This document shows positions 35,777 through 45,137 of a DNA stretch of 64,000 bases, piece after piece. The translations under genes were made by a program, and so were the position numbers. The stretch covers positions 28,629 to 92,628 of the forward strand of contig JBJEOA010000055.1 of the NCBI GenBank assembly GCA_051880475.1. The letters run 5' to 3'. Source of the stretch: Lachnospiraceae bacterium. Lineage in GTDB: Bacteria; Bacillota; Clostridia; Lachnospirales; Lachnospiraceae. Positions within the stretch are counted from its first letter, which is position 1; each line of letters starts with the position of its first letter. The notes under the pieces are model-generated. The model was not told the DNA's origin. It worked only from the letters and a program-made list of their open reading frames with translations, and did not search any database.

Positions 35777-38416
35777 ATGGCAAAAGAATTAGACAAGACA
35801 TATAACCCCTCTGAGATTGAGGAGAGGTTGTATCAAAAATGGATTGATAATAAATATTTCCATGCGGAAGTAGACAAAGATAAGAAACCTTTCACAATCG
35901 TGATGCCACCACCAAATATCACAGGACAGCTTCATATGGGACATGCCCTTGATAATACACTGCAAGATATTTTAATCCGCTTTAAGAGAATGCAAGGCTA
36001 TAGTGCATTATGGCAGCCTGGAACAGACCATGCGAGTATTGCGACAGAAGTTAAGATTATCAATAAACTTCGTGAGGAGGGAATTGAAAAGGAAGATTTA
36101 GGAAGAGAGAAATTCCTTGAGAGAGCTTGGGAGTGGAAGAAAGAATACGGAGGACGTATCACAAGCCAGCTTCGTAAGCTTGGTTCTTCTTGTGACTGGG
36201 ATAGAGAGCGTTTTACAATGGATGAGGGATGTTCAAAGGCAGTTGCAGATGTATTTGTTCGTCTATACGAAAAAGGATATATTTATAAAGGCTCCCGTAT
36301 TATTAACTGGTGTCCAGTTTGCCAGACATCTATATCTGACGCAGAGGTAGAACATGTAGACCAGGCAGGACATTTTTGGCATATTAATTATCCTCTCGCT
36401 GAGGGAGATGGAGTAATTGAGATTGCTACGACAAGACCTGAGACATTACTCGGCGATACAGCAGTTGCGGTACATCCAGAAGATGAAAGATATAAAGATT
36501 TAATCGGAAAAGAACTTATCTTACCACTTGTTGAGAGAAGAATTCCGATTGTAGCGGATGAGTATGTAGATAAAGAGTTTGGAACTGGTGCTGTTAAGAT
36601 TACACCGGCTCATGACCCTAATGACTTTGAGGTTGGAAAACGTCATAACTTAGAAGAAATTAATGTGATGAATGATGACGCTACAATCAATGAGCGAGGC
36701 GGAAAATACGCAGGAATGGATCGCTATGAGGCGAGAGCCGCTATTGTGAAAGATTTAGAGGAGCAAGGGTATCTAGTAAAAATTGAAGACCATGAGCATA
36801 ATGTAGGAACACATGATAGATGTAAGACTGTTATTGAGCCTATGATTAAACAGCAGTGGTTTGTAAAGATGGAAGAACTTGCCAAACCTGCCATTGAGAC
36901 ATTAAAAAATGGCACGCTGCAGTTAGTTCCAGAGCGTTTTGATAAAATCTATCTACACTGGCTAGAGAATATTAAAGATTGGTGTATTTCTAGACAACTT
37001 TGGTGGGGACATAGAATTCCAGCGTACTACTGTGATGAATGTGGAGAGACGATAGTAGCAAAAGAAGCTCCTAGTGTTTGTCCAAAATGTGGCTGCACTC
37101 ACCTAACTCAGGATGAGGATACACTTGATACATGGTTTAGTTCAGCTCTTTGGCCATTTTCTACTCTTGGCTGGCCAGAAAAGACAGAGGAATTAGAATA
37201 TTTCTATCCAACAGATGTATTAGTAACTGGATATGATATTGTATTTTTCTGGGTAATCCGTATGGTATTTTCAGGACTTGAGTATACAGGAAAAACTCCA
37301 TTCCACACTGTGCTTTTCCATGGATTAGTGAGAGACTCTCAGGGCAGAAAAATGAGTAAATCTCTTGGAAATGGTATTGATCCACTTGAAGTTATTGATA
37401 AATACGGTGCAGATGCTCTTCGTTTTACATTAGTAACAGGAAATGCTCCTGGAAATGATATGCGTTTTTACTGGGAGAGAGTTGAGGCGAGCAGAAATTT
37501 TGCAAATAAAGTATGGAATGCGTCTCGCTTTATGATGATGAATATCGAAAAAGCTGATTTAAGCGGTGTTACATTAGAGGATTTGACAGATGCAGATAAG
37601 TGGATTTTATCTAAGATGAATACGCTTATTAAAGATGTCACACAAAATATGGAAAATTATGACCTTGGTATTGCAGTTCAAAAATTATATGATTTTATAT
37701 GGGAAGAGTTCTGTGATTGGTATATTGAGATGGTAAAACCAAGATTATATAATGATGAGGATGCGACAAAGGCGGCAGCTCTTTGGACATTAAAGACGGT
37801 GCTTACCGATGCATTAAAACTTCTTCACCCATATATGCCATTTATCACAGAGGAAATTTTCTGTAACTTATCTGATGAGGAATCTATTATGATTTCTTCT
37901 TGGCCAGAGTATAAGGAAGAATATAATTTTGCAAAAGAAGAGTTTGCAGTAGAGACAATCAAAGAAGCAGTTCGCACAATTAGAAATGTGAGAGCTCAGA
38001 TGAATGTGCCACCAAGCAAGAAAGCAAAAGTATATGTAACTGCACAGGCAGAAAATATTCGTGATATTTTTGAAAACAGCAAAGTATTTTTTGCTACACT
38101 TGGATATGCAAGTGAAGTTATTGTTCAAGCAGATAAGGCAGGAATTGAAGATGACGCTGTCTCAGCAGTGACATCGACTGCTACAATGTATATGCCTCTT
38201 GAGGAATTAATTGACAAAGAAAAAGAAATCGAGAGATTGAAAAAAGAAGAGAAAAAATTAGTTGGAGAGCTAAAGCGTGTAAATGGAATGTTAAATAATG
38301 AGAAATTTATGAGTAAAGCCCCAGCAAAGAAGATAGAAGAAGAAAGAGCAAAATTAGAGAAATATCAAAAGATGATGGAGCAGGTAAAAGAGCGTCTTGC
38401 TCAGCTTGGAGTATAA
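35777..38416 (+). CDS. valS: Valine--tRNA ligase
   Basis: [13 protein letters not shown] (HIGH), KMSKSLGN (KMSKS), C-terminal coiled coil. ATG at 35777 follows GGAGGAAG. Confidence 0.95.
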   Translation: MAKELDKTYNPSEIEERLYQKWIDNKYFHAEVDKDKKPFTIVMPPPNITGQLHMGHALDNTLQDILIRFKRMQGYSALWQPGTDHASIATEVKIINKLREEGIEKEDLGREKFLERAWEWKKEYGGRITSQLRKLGSSCDWDRERFTMDEGCSKAVADVFVRLYEKGYIYKGSRIINWCPVCQTSISDAEVEHVDQAGHFWHINYPLAEGDGVIEIATTRPETLLGDTAVAVHPEDERYKDLIGKELILPLVERRIPIVADEYVDKEFGTGAVKITPAHDPNDFEVGKRHNLEEINVMNDDATINERGGKYAGMDRYEARAAIVKDLEEQGYLVKIEDHEHNVGTHDRCKTVIEPMIKQQWFVKMEELAKPAIETLKNGTLQLVPERFDKIYLHWLENIKDWCISRQLWWGHRIPAYYCDECGETIVAKEAPSVCPKCGCTHLTQDEDTLDTWFSSALWPFSTLGWPEKTEELEYFYPTDVLVTGYDIVFFWVIRMVFSGLEYTGKTPFHTVLFHGLVRDSQGRKMSKSLGNGIDPLEVIDKYGADALRFTLVTGNAPGNDMRFYWERVEASRNFANKVWNASRFMMMNIEKADLSGVTLEDLTDADKWILSKMNTLIKDVTQNMENYDLGIAVQKLYDFIWEEFCDWYIEMVKPRLYNDEDATKAAALWTLKTVLTDALKLLHPYMPFITEEIFCNLSDEESIMISSWPEYKEEYNFAKEEFAVETIKEAVRTIRNVRAQMNVPPSKKAKVYVTAQAENIRDIFENSKVFFATLGYASEVIVQADKAGIEDDAVSAVTSTATMYMPLEELIDKEKEIERLKKEEKKLVGELKRVNGMLNNEKFMSKAPAKKIEEERAKLEKYQKMMEQVKERLAQLGV

Positions 38417-38442
38417 AGATTGCTATTTAACATCATTGCAAC

Positions 38443-38482
38443 GGATAAATAAAAGGAGGCAGCCGCCTCCTTTTATTTATCC
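38443..38482. terminator. Intrinsic terminator after valS (18-bp perfect stem)
   Basis: GGATAAATAAAAGGAGGC, loop AGCC, GCCTCCTTTTATTTATCC. Confidence 0.85.
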
Positions 38483-38719
38483 AATGCAGTTTCTTGAGTT
38501 TAATATATATTTTTACTTAAAAGAGAATAATATACTTTGCCAAGAGGGATTTTTATAGCATATCTTGATATATTTATCCTCTCTCTGTCAAAAAGGGGAG
38601 AGGATTTCTTCTTGAAAAACAATGGAAAATACTGTAAAATAGGATTGCTGGAAGTTATAAATATAGGAAAGATTCAAAAATCCTGTTAAGCAGGGAAGAT
38701 ACGATATAGGAGAAAAAAT

Positions 38720-40009
38720 ATGACTTATCAAGAGGCACAACAGTATATTTTAGATATACCGAAATTTAGTAAAAAAACTGGATTGGATAATATAAAAGAA
38801 TGTTTAAAAAGACTTAAAAACCCACAGAATCATTTTCATACCATTCATATTGCTGGTACGAATGGAAAGGGCTCTGTTTGTAATTATTTAGACTCTGTAT
38901 TAAGAGAGGCGGGGTATCGCACTGGAATGTTTACTTCTCCACATCTTGTGACGATGAGAGAGAGAATGAGAGTGGATGGCGAGCCCATTAGCGAGGAGAA
39001 ATTTTTAGAAATATTTTTTCGAGTAAAATCAGTCGTAGATGAGATGAGACAAGAGGGTCTTTTGCATCCTTCTTTTTTTGAGTGGATTTTTCTTATGGCA
39101 GTTTTATTCTTTGAAGAGGAGAAAATACAAGTTTGTATTTTGGAGACAGGACTTGGAGGACGTCTTGATGCCACAAATGCGGTGGAAAGTGATGCCTCCG
39201 TTATCACCTCTTTAAGCTATGACCATATGCAGTATTTAGGAGATACTTTGGATAAAATTGCAGCAGAAAAAGCAGGAATCATAAAAAGAAAAAAGCCATG
39301 TTTTTCTATTTGGCAAAAAGAAGAGGCGAGACAAGTTTTGGAAAAGGTGGCGAGAGAGAAAGAGAGTCCATTTCATTTAGTCGATAAAGATTCCATTAAG
39401 GGCTATAGAGAAGAAGGTGATGGGATTGTATTTTGGTTTGGAGAAAAAAAGGAAGAATACCATATTTTAACAAAAGCATACTATCAAATAGAAAATGCGG
39501 CATTAGCAATTACTGTTTTAGAGGGTTTATTTCCTAAAATTCCTCAAGAAGTCATAAAAAAGGGATTGAAAAAAACTTTGTGGGAAGGTAGAATGAATAG
39601 TGTGAGTCCAAGTATTATTATAGATGGGGCACATAATGAAGATGCTATTGAAAAGTTTTGCACTACGATACAAAAATTTTATTGTGTAGAGAAAAAAAGT
39701 CTTTTATTTGCGGTTGCCGAGGATAAAGATTATGTGAAAATTATCCAATACCTATGTGAGAATTGTCAGTTTGAGAAAATTATGGTGACGCAAATTTACG
39801 GTGCGAGGGCAACTTCAATAGAAACGATTTTTAATCTGTTTCGACAAAATACAAATACAGATATATGGGTAGAGAAAGATTTAGAGAAAGCATATGAAAA
39901 GATGAAAAATAGTCTAAAAAAAGATGAGCTGCTATTTTGTGTGGGCTCACTCTACTTAGTAGGGAGTATTAAGGCATTGGAAGAGAGGAAGGGTAGAGCA
40001 AATGATTGA
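38720..40009 (+). CDS. folC: Bifunctional folylpolyglutamate synthase / dihydrofolate synthase
   Basis: IHIAGTNGKGS P-loop, FTSPHL, GLGGRLDATN, IIDGAHN. Confidence 0.9.
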   Translation: MTYQEAQQYILDIPKFSKKTGLDNIKECLKRLKNPQNHFHTIHIAGTNGKGSVCNYLDSVLREAGYRTGMFTSPHLVTMRERMRVDGEPISEEKFLEIFFRVKSVVDEMRQEGLLHPSFFEWIFLMAVLFFEEEKIQVCILETGLGGRLDATNAVESDASVITSLSYDHMQYLGDTLDKIAAEKAGIIKRKKPCFSIWQKEEARQVLEKVAREKESPFHLVDKDSIKGYREEGDGIVFWFGEKKEEYHILTKAYYQIENAALAITVLEGLFPKIPQEVIKKGLKKTLWEGRMNSVSPSIIIDGAHNEDAIEKFCTTIQKFYCVEKKSLLFAVAEDKDYVKIIQYLCENCQFEKIMVTQIYGARATSIETIFNLFRQNTNTDIWVEKDLEKAYEKMKNSLKKDELLFCVGSLYLVGSIKALEERKGRAND

Positions 40010-40400
40010 TTTTAAAAAGGAACTGGAAAAATTTAAGCCATGTATGAATACTGATGAGGTAGAAGAAGCAATCTATGGCAGCGATTTGAAAGACTTAACG
40101 GATATCATGAGAGAAGTGATAGAAGAGTTTAGGAAAAATGAAAAAATAAACGAAAATGAACTTGCAGTAAAGATTAAGACAGATATAAAAGAAGAACTAA
40201 AAGAAGAAGTGTCACATCATACCTTCCTTGTATCAGGAGAACAAGTAGAAAATGTGGAAGGAAAAGAAGAAACTCTTAGTGGGATAGAGACTGACAGTCA
40301 GCTAGAAAAAATAGAGCAAGATTCAAAAGAGGAAGTAACTCAACTTATACAAAGCGAGAATGGAAACGATAGTGAAGAAGATAAAGGTGGTATTAAATGA
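40002..40400 (+). CDS. Acidic E/K-rich 132-aa protein, unknown function
   Basis: 8-nt overlap with the folC end and a 4-nt ATGA overlap with the next gene. No TM or motif. Confidence 0.55.
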   Translation: MIDFKKELEKFKPCMNTDEVEEAIYGSDLKDLTDIMREVIEEFRKNEKINENELAVKIKTDIKEELKEEVSHHTFLVSGEQVENVEGKEETLSGIETDSQLEKIEQDSKEEVTQLIQSENGNDSEEDKGGIK

Positions 40401-41851
40401 AATGTATGAAATGTAATAGCAATCTGACAGAGAGTGGATATTGCAATCAGTGTGGATTTAATATATCTCATTTAATTAAGTCAAAAAATACATCCGGTTG
40501 GTACTATAATCGTGCTTTAGAAAAGGCGAAAAATCGAGAATTAAGTAATGCGGCTGCTCTTTTAGAGATTGCTTTAAGTTTTGATAAGGAAAATATTGAT
40601 GCGAGAAATCTTCTTGGATTGATTTATCATGAGATGGGACAGATTGCAAAAGCGATGCATCAGTGGGTCATTAGTATCAATATTGATATAGAAGATAATA
40701 TTGCTATAAAATATTTGCAACAATATCAAGAAGATGAGCATGCTATGCAAAAGATAGATAGGGGCGTAAATTTATACAATCAGACTCTTTATAGTGCGCG
40801 TCTTGGAAAAGAGGGAATGGCACTTCTAAAAATTGAGGAATGTTGTTTCGTAATTCCAAACTTTGTAGATGCACATTTACTTAGAGCTCTTCTTTATATG
40901 AATAAAAAAGATTGGGAGCAGGCGAAAAAAGCTATCAAAGATGTCTTAAAAATTGACCGATATAATCCAACGGCAGTTCGTTATTTAAAGGAAATCCCAG
41001 AGTATAATATAGATAAGGGATATAAAGATGCCTTGAACGCTCTCTTGCCAGAAGTAAAAAAAGAGGAAAAGAAAGAGATAGTAAAGGCAACTGAGCATGA
41101 AAAAGGAAAAGAAATAAAAAAAGAAACCAAAAAAGAAGCTGTCAAGGAAGAGAAAAAGGAAAAAACAGCAAGAGGCTATGTCAAAATAATCGGAGGTCTT
41201 GTGGCAGGCATTATGATGGGTGTTATCATTATGTGGGCTATGCTTGTTCCTATGAATCAATCTTTTGAAGAGCAGTTTAACTATGTAAAAAATCAAATAA
41301 ATCAAAATACTGCACAGGCAAATCCTTCTAAGTCTACAGAGAGTGAGAAGGAAAATGGCACGACACAAGATACACAAGACACAAAAGATACGCAAGTAAC
41401 TGCGGAGATAGTAGATTATACAGGTAAAGATGACAAAAAAGGTATTATGGATTATATGATAATAGCTATGGGTCACTATAAAGATGGAAATGCTGTCAAG
41501 GCGGCGAAGGCTTTAATAAAAGTAGATGAGGATATGTTAAAATCTGATTCTTCTAAGGAAAAATACGATGAGATTAAAAAATCTACTTTCGGAGAGGCGT
41601 CTACACAGCTTTATAACTCAGGTATGGAATTATACAATGAGAGAAATTATGATGAGGCGGCAAAGGATTTTAAATTAGCATATAAAATCGACGATAGTAA
41701 TGTCGAGGCATATTATTTCCTTGGACTTTGCTATCAAAATACAGATCAGGTAGAAAAAGCAAAAGAAGTATACGAAGAGATTAATAATAAATTTAAAGGT
41801 TCCGACAGAGAACACGATGCAAAAGATCGTTTAAGACAGATGGGATATTAA
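40397..41851 (+). CDS. Zinc-ribbon / TPR / single-TM / TPR protein, unknown function
   Basis: N-terminal CMKC-x9-CNQC ribbon. TPR-like helices and a K/E-rich linker. TM IIGGLVAGIMMGVIIMWAMLV. C-terminal TPR (YNERNYDEAAKDFKLAYKID, AYYFLGLCYQN). Confidence 0.7.
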   Translation: MKCMKCNSNLTESGYCNQCGFNISHLIKSKNTSGWYYNRALEKAKNRELSNAAALLEIALSFDKENIDARNLLGLIYHEMGQIAKAMHQWVISINIDIEDNIAIKYLQQYQEDEHAMQKIDRGVNLYNQTLYSARLGKEGMALLKIEECCFVIPNFVDAHLLRALLYMNKKDWEQAKKAIKDVLKIDRYNPTAVRYLKEIPEYNIDKGYKDALNALLPEVKKEEKKEIVKATEHEKGKEIKKETKKEAVKEEKKEKTARGYVKIIGGLVAGIMMGVIIMWAMLVPMNQSFEEQFNYVKNQINQNTAQANPSKSTESEKENGTTQDTQDTKDTQVTAEIVDYTGKDDKKGIMDYMIIAMGHYKDGNAVKAAKALIKVDEDMLKSDSSKEKYDEIKKSTFGEASTQLYNSGMELYNERNYDEAAKDFKLAYKIDDSNVEAYYFLGLCYQNTDQVEKAKEVYEEINNKFKGSDREHDAKDRLRQMGY

Positions 41852-41868
41852 TATTCTAGATTTCTACG

Positions 41869-41915
41869 CTGACTAGTGAATTATTAAGAGGTGATTTTAG
41901 TAATTCACTAGTTAG
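41869..41915 (+). terminator. 15-bp inverted repeat (1 mismatch) upstream of spoIIAA; terminator or operator
   Basis: CTGACTAGTGAATTA (41869-41883) pairs with TAATTCACTAGTTAG (41901-41915). No U-tract follows. Confidence 0.35.
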
Positions 41916-42003
41916 TCGAGTAGAAGAGCGATTTGTATCGTGTTCTTTTCTTTATGTTTGCTTTTTGGAGTAAACGAATCTGTTCAGTGTGAAAGGGGAT
42001 AAT

Positions 42004-42342
42004 ATGGGAGAAAATTTCCAGATGTATAAAAAATTTTTATTAATTGAGCTTCCAAGAGAGCTTGACCAATACCAAGCAGATAAGATAAGAAGAGAATGTG
42101 AAATTTTATTTTTAGATCAGTGGGTAAAAAATATTGTACTTGATTTTAGACAGACAGAAATGATGGACAGCTCGGGTGTTGGAATGATTATAGGAAGATA
42201 TAAGCAAGTTTCAGCATTAGGTGGAAAAATCTATGCCATTCATATGAATAAAGTCATACGAAAGGTAGTACAAATTTCGGGGCTTTATAAGATTATGGAA
42301 GAATTAGAAAATTTAGATATAGCAAAACAATGCATTAACTAG
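42004..42342 (+). CDS. spoIIAA: Anti-sigma-F factor antagonist (STAS)
   Basis: STAS pattern with the phospho-serine context MDSSGVGMIIGRY. ATG after AAAGGGG. Followed by spoIIAB-sigF. Confidence 0.9.
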   Translation: MGENFQMYKKFLLIELPRELDQYQADKIRRECEILFLDQWVKNIVLDFRQTEMMDSSGVGMIIGRYKQVSALGGKIYAIHMNKVIRKVVQISGLYKIMEELENLDIAKQCIN

Positions 42343-42354
42343 GAGGAATAGAAG

Positions 42355-42795
42355 ATGACGACGAATCAAGTGACAGTAGAATTTGTCAGCAACCCAGAAA
42401 ATGAAAAATTAGCGAGAGTGATGATATCTGCGTTTAGCACAATACTTGACCCAACTTTAGAGGAAATGGCAGATATGAAAACAGCTGTGTCAGAAGCGGT
42501 GACAAATGCCATTATTCATGGTTATGAGAAAAAACGGGGAGTAATTCGCATGGAATTGCAGAGAAAAAATAGGACAATTACTGTAATAATATCGGATAAG
42601 GGAAGTGGAATTGAAAATATAGAAAAGGCAATGGAGCCTTTGTTTACAACAAAGCCAGACCAAGAGAGAACTGGAATGGGATTTTCCTTTATGGAGGCAT
42701 TTATGGATGAACTTGATGTCGTGTCAAAACTAGGAGAGGGAACTACAGTGACAATGAAAAGAACCATCCCAAAGAGGGAGCCATATAGAAAGTAG
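42355..42795 (+). CDS. spoIIAB: Anti-sigma-F factor (serine kinase)
   Basis: N-box EAVTNAIIHG, G-boxes DKGSGIENI and GMGFSFM; 146 aa. Confidence 0.93.
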   Translation: MTTNQVTVEFVSNPENEKLARVMISAFSTILDPTLEEMADMKTAVSEAVTNAIIHGYEKKRGVIRMELQRKNRTITVIISDKGSGIENIEKAMEPLFTTKPDQERTGMGFSFMEAFMDELDVVSKLGEGTTVTMKRTIPKREPYRK

Positions 42796-42804
42796 AGGGT
42801 TAGC

Positions 42805-43515
42805 TTGGATCAGACATTAGAGTTGCTAAAGCTTGCAAAAGAAGGACAAAAAGCGGCAAAAGAAACACTAGTGTTAGAAAACAGGGGACTTGTATGGAGC
42901 GTAGTAAAAAGATTCCAAAATCGTGGGCTAGAGAGTGAAGATTTATTTCAAATTGGCTGTATCGGTCTTTTAAAATGTATCGATAAATTTGATTTATCTT
43001 ATGGAGTTAAATTCTCTACTTACGCTGTTCCAATGATATCTGGAGAAATCAAGAGATTTTTAAGAGATGATGGAATGGTTAAGGTGAGCAGAACGCTAAA
43101 GGAACTTGCCTACCGCGCATATCAATGTCAAGAAAAGCTACAAGAAAAATGGGGAAGAGAACCTAGTATTACAGAAATTGCAAAGGAGATAGGAGTAGAA
43201 TGTGAGGAGTTAGCTCTTGCATTAGATGCAAATAGTGAGGTGGAATCGCTATATCAGCCAATCTATCAAAAAGAGGGACAAGAGATTTTATTGATGGATA
43301 AATTGGAAGAAGAGGATAATGAAGAAAATTTAGTAAATCGTTTATTTTTAGAGAAGGTATTGTCTGAATTAGAAAAGGAGGATAGAGAGTTAATTTATAA
43401 AAGATATTTTGAAGATAAAACACAGTCTGCCATTGCAAAAGAGCTTGGAGTATCACAGGTACAAATTTCTAGGAGAGAGAAGAAAATTTTGAATCAAATA
43501 AGAGAGAAAATATAG
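42805..43515 (+). CDS. sigF: Sporulation sigma factor F
   Basis: The region 2 to 4 pattern ENRGLVWSVVKRF...DLFQIGCIGLLKCIDKFD...FSTYAVPMISGEIKRFLRD...QSAIAKELGVSQVQISRREKK. TTG start after GAGGG. Confidence 0.92.
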   Translation: MDQTLELLKLAKEGQKAAKETLVLENRGLVWSVVKRFQNRGLESEDLFQIGCIGLLKCIDKFDLSYGVKFSTYAVPMISGEIKRFLRDDGMVKVSRTLKELAYRAYQCQEKLQEKWGREPSITEIAKEIGVECEELALALDANSEVESLYQPIYQKEGQEILLMDKLEEEDNEENLVNRLFLEKVLSELEKEDRELIYKRYFEDKTQSAIAKELGVSQVQISRREKKILNQIREKI

Positions 43516-43531
43516 GAAGTAAGAGACTATG

Positions 43532-43573
43532 AAAAAGCGCCAGTTTTGGTAAATACCAGTTCTGGCGCTTTTT
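43532..43573. terminator. Bidirectional intrinsic terminator between sigF and ugd
   Basis: AAAAAGCGCCAG...TGGTAAATACCA...CTGGCGCTTTTT. Confidence 0.85.
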
Positions 43574-43603
43574 CATTAAGGATTTTTTATAGCATCTTTA
43601 AGT

Positions 43604-44842
43604 TTAATCACGTTGGAATAAATCTCTTGTATAAACTTTGTCCATTACATCTGACAATTTATCGGACATACGGTTTGCGATAATAACATTACATACATCT
43701 TTGAAGCGATTAAAATCTTTTTCCACTTTGCTTCCAAAAAATGTTTCATCTTTTAATGTAGGCTCATAAATAATAACTTCTGCTCCCTTTGCTTTTAAGC
43801 GTTTCATAACTCCTTGAATAGAAGATTGTCGGAAATTGTCGGAATTTGCTTTCATTGTGAGACGATATACTCCAATGACAACAGAATTTCCAGGCGTGCC
43901 ATCTCTTCCGGCAGTACCTTCAAAATATCCCGCTTTTTCTAAAATACGCTCTGCAACGAAATCTTTTCTTGTAGAGTTTGATTTTACAATCGCTTCGATA
44001 AGATTTTCAGGGATATCTTCATAGTTAGCGAGAAGTTGTTTTGTATCTTTTGGAAGACAGTATCCGCCATAACCGAAGGATGGATTATTATAATGTGTAC
44101 CAATTCTAGGATCTAGACAAATACCATCAATAATTTGTTTTGTATTAAGTCCACGAGCCTCAGCGTAGCTGTCTAATTCGTTAAAATAGCTGACACGAAG
44201 AGCGAGATAAGTATTGGCAAATAATTTAACAGCCTCCGCCTCAGTAGGATTTGTATATAAAATAGGGATATCTTTTTTAATTGCCCCTTGTGCTAAAAGA
44301 TTTGCAAATGTATGTGCGGCAGCCACAAGACGTTCATCTTCTAGTGGAGCGCCGACAATAATTCTAGAAGGATAGAGATTATCGTATAATGCACGTCCTT
44401 CTCTTAAAAATTCTGGTGAGAAAATGATATTATTTGATTGAAACTTTTTTCGAACAGAGAGAGTATATCCAACTGGTATTGTGGATTTAATTACGATGAT
44501 TGCATTTGGATTATACTCTAGTACTAATTTGATAACAGCTTCTACATTAGTTGTATCAAAATAATTCATTTTTGGGTCGTAATTTGTCGGAGTGCTCACA
44601 ATGACAAAATCTGCATCTGTATATGCCATTTTAGCATCCATCGTTGCTGTTAGATGTAAGTCTTTTTCTGCTAAGTATTGTTCAATTTCAGCATCTATAA
44701 TTGGTGATTTTTTAGAATTAATCATATTCACTTTTTCTGGAATAATGTCTACAGCGTACACTTCATTATGTTGAGCTAAGAGAATCGCATTCGATAATCC
44801 TACATATCCAGTTCCAGCAACTGCAATTTTATAAGAATTCAT
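43604..44842 (-). CDS. ugd: UDP-glucose 6-dehydrogenase
   Basis: [47 protein letters not shown]. Near-collinear with streptococcal HasB as I recall it. Confidence 0.92.
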   Translation of the reverse strand: MNSYKIAVAGTGYVGLSNAILLAQHNEVYAVDIIPEKVNMINSKKSPIIDAEIEQYLAEKDLHLTATMDAKMAYTDADFVIVSTPTNYDPKMNYFDTTNVEAVIKLVLEYNPNAIIVIKSTIPVGYTLSVRKKFQSNNIIFSPEFLREGRALYDNLYPSRIIVGAPLEDERLVAAAHTFANLLAQGAIKKDIPILYTNPTEAEAVKLFANTYLALRVSYFNELDSYAEARGLNTKQIIDGICLDPRIGTHYNNPSFGYGGYCLPKDTKQLLANYEDIPENLIEAIVKSNSTRKDFVAERILEKAGYFEGTAGRDGTPGNSVVIGVYRLTMKANSDNFRQSSIQGVMKRLKAKGAEVIIYEPTLKDETFFGSKVEKDFNRFKDVCNVIIANRMSDKLSDVMDKVYTRDLFQRD

Positions 44843-45137
44843 AATATATTATTTCCTTTCTATATTTTAAATTAAATGGGAACGGATTCCCACAGAAACC
44901 TCAAGACTTGATTTTTTAGGTCTTTTATTTATTGTAAAGAAGAAAGAAAGAAATGTCAAGAATTGAGGAAGGATAGTTTGTAAAAGGCAGAAAAATTATT
45001 TGCAATTAAGATTTAGCTTTTTAATCAATTGTAAATTATGCTAGAGTAATGTATACTATTAATTGACATGATATGTCTGATTTATATGTAAAATTTTGAC
45101 CCCAACATCATTATATACTATTTATTGGAGGAAAAAT

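Noticed and set aside
38483-38719. THF riboswitch upstream of folC.
   Set aside because: I could not find the conserved THF-riboswitch core or the expected pseudoknotted three-way-junction pairing. Only a simple hairpin is present.
41040-41170. Apparent nucleotide repeats (AAAGAAG/AAAGAGG runs).
   Set aside because: This is a coding consequence of the K/E-rich linker of the TPR membrane protein. It is not a repeat element or a CRISPR-like array.
41916-42003. Sigma-H promoter and Spo0A boxes for spoIIA.
   Set aside because: A CGAAT -10-like element exists, but there is no AGGA-type -35 at the right distance. Only 5/7 matches to TGTCGAA were found, which is not enough to annotate.
45096-45137. 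N-terminal extensions proposed by the ORF track. These are this TTG-start extension, 49819-49902, 26779-26835, 22458-22508, 22872-22973, 35762-35776 and 41989-42003.
   Set aside because: In each case an internal ATG or TTG is preceded by a clear GGAGG-type RBS at 5-9 nt, and family homology begins there. The extensions would overlap upstream genes or terminators.
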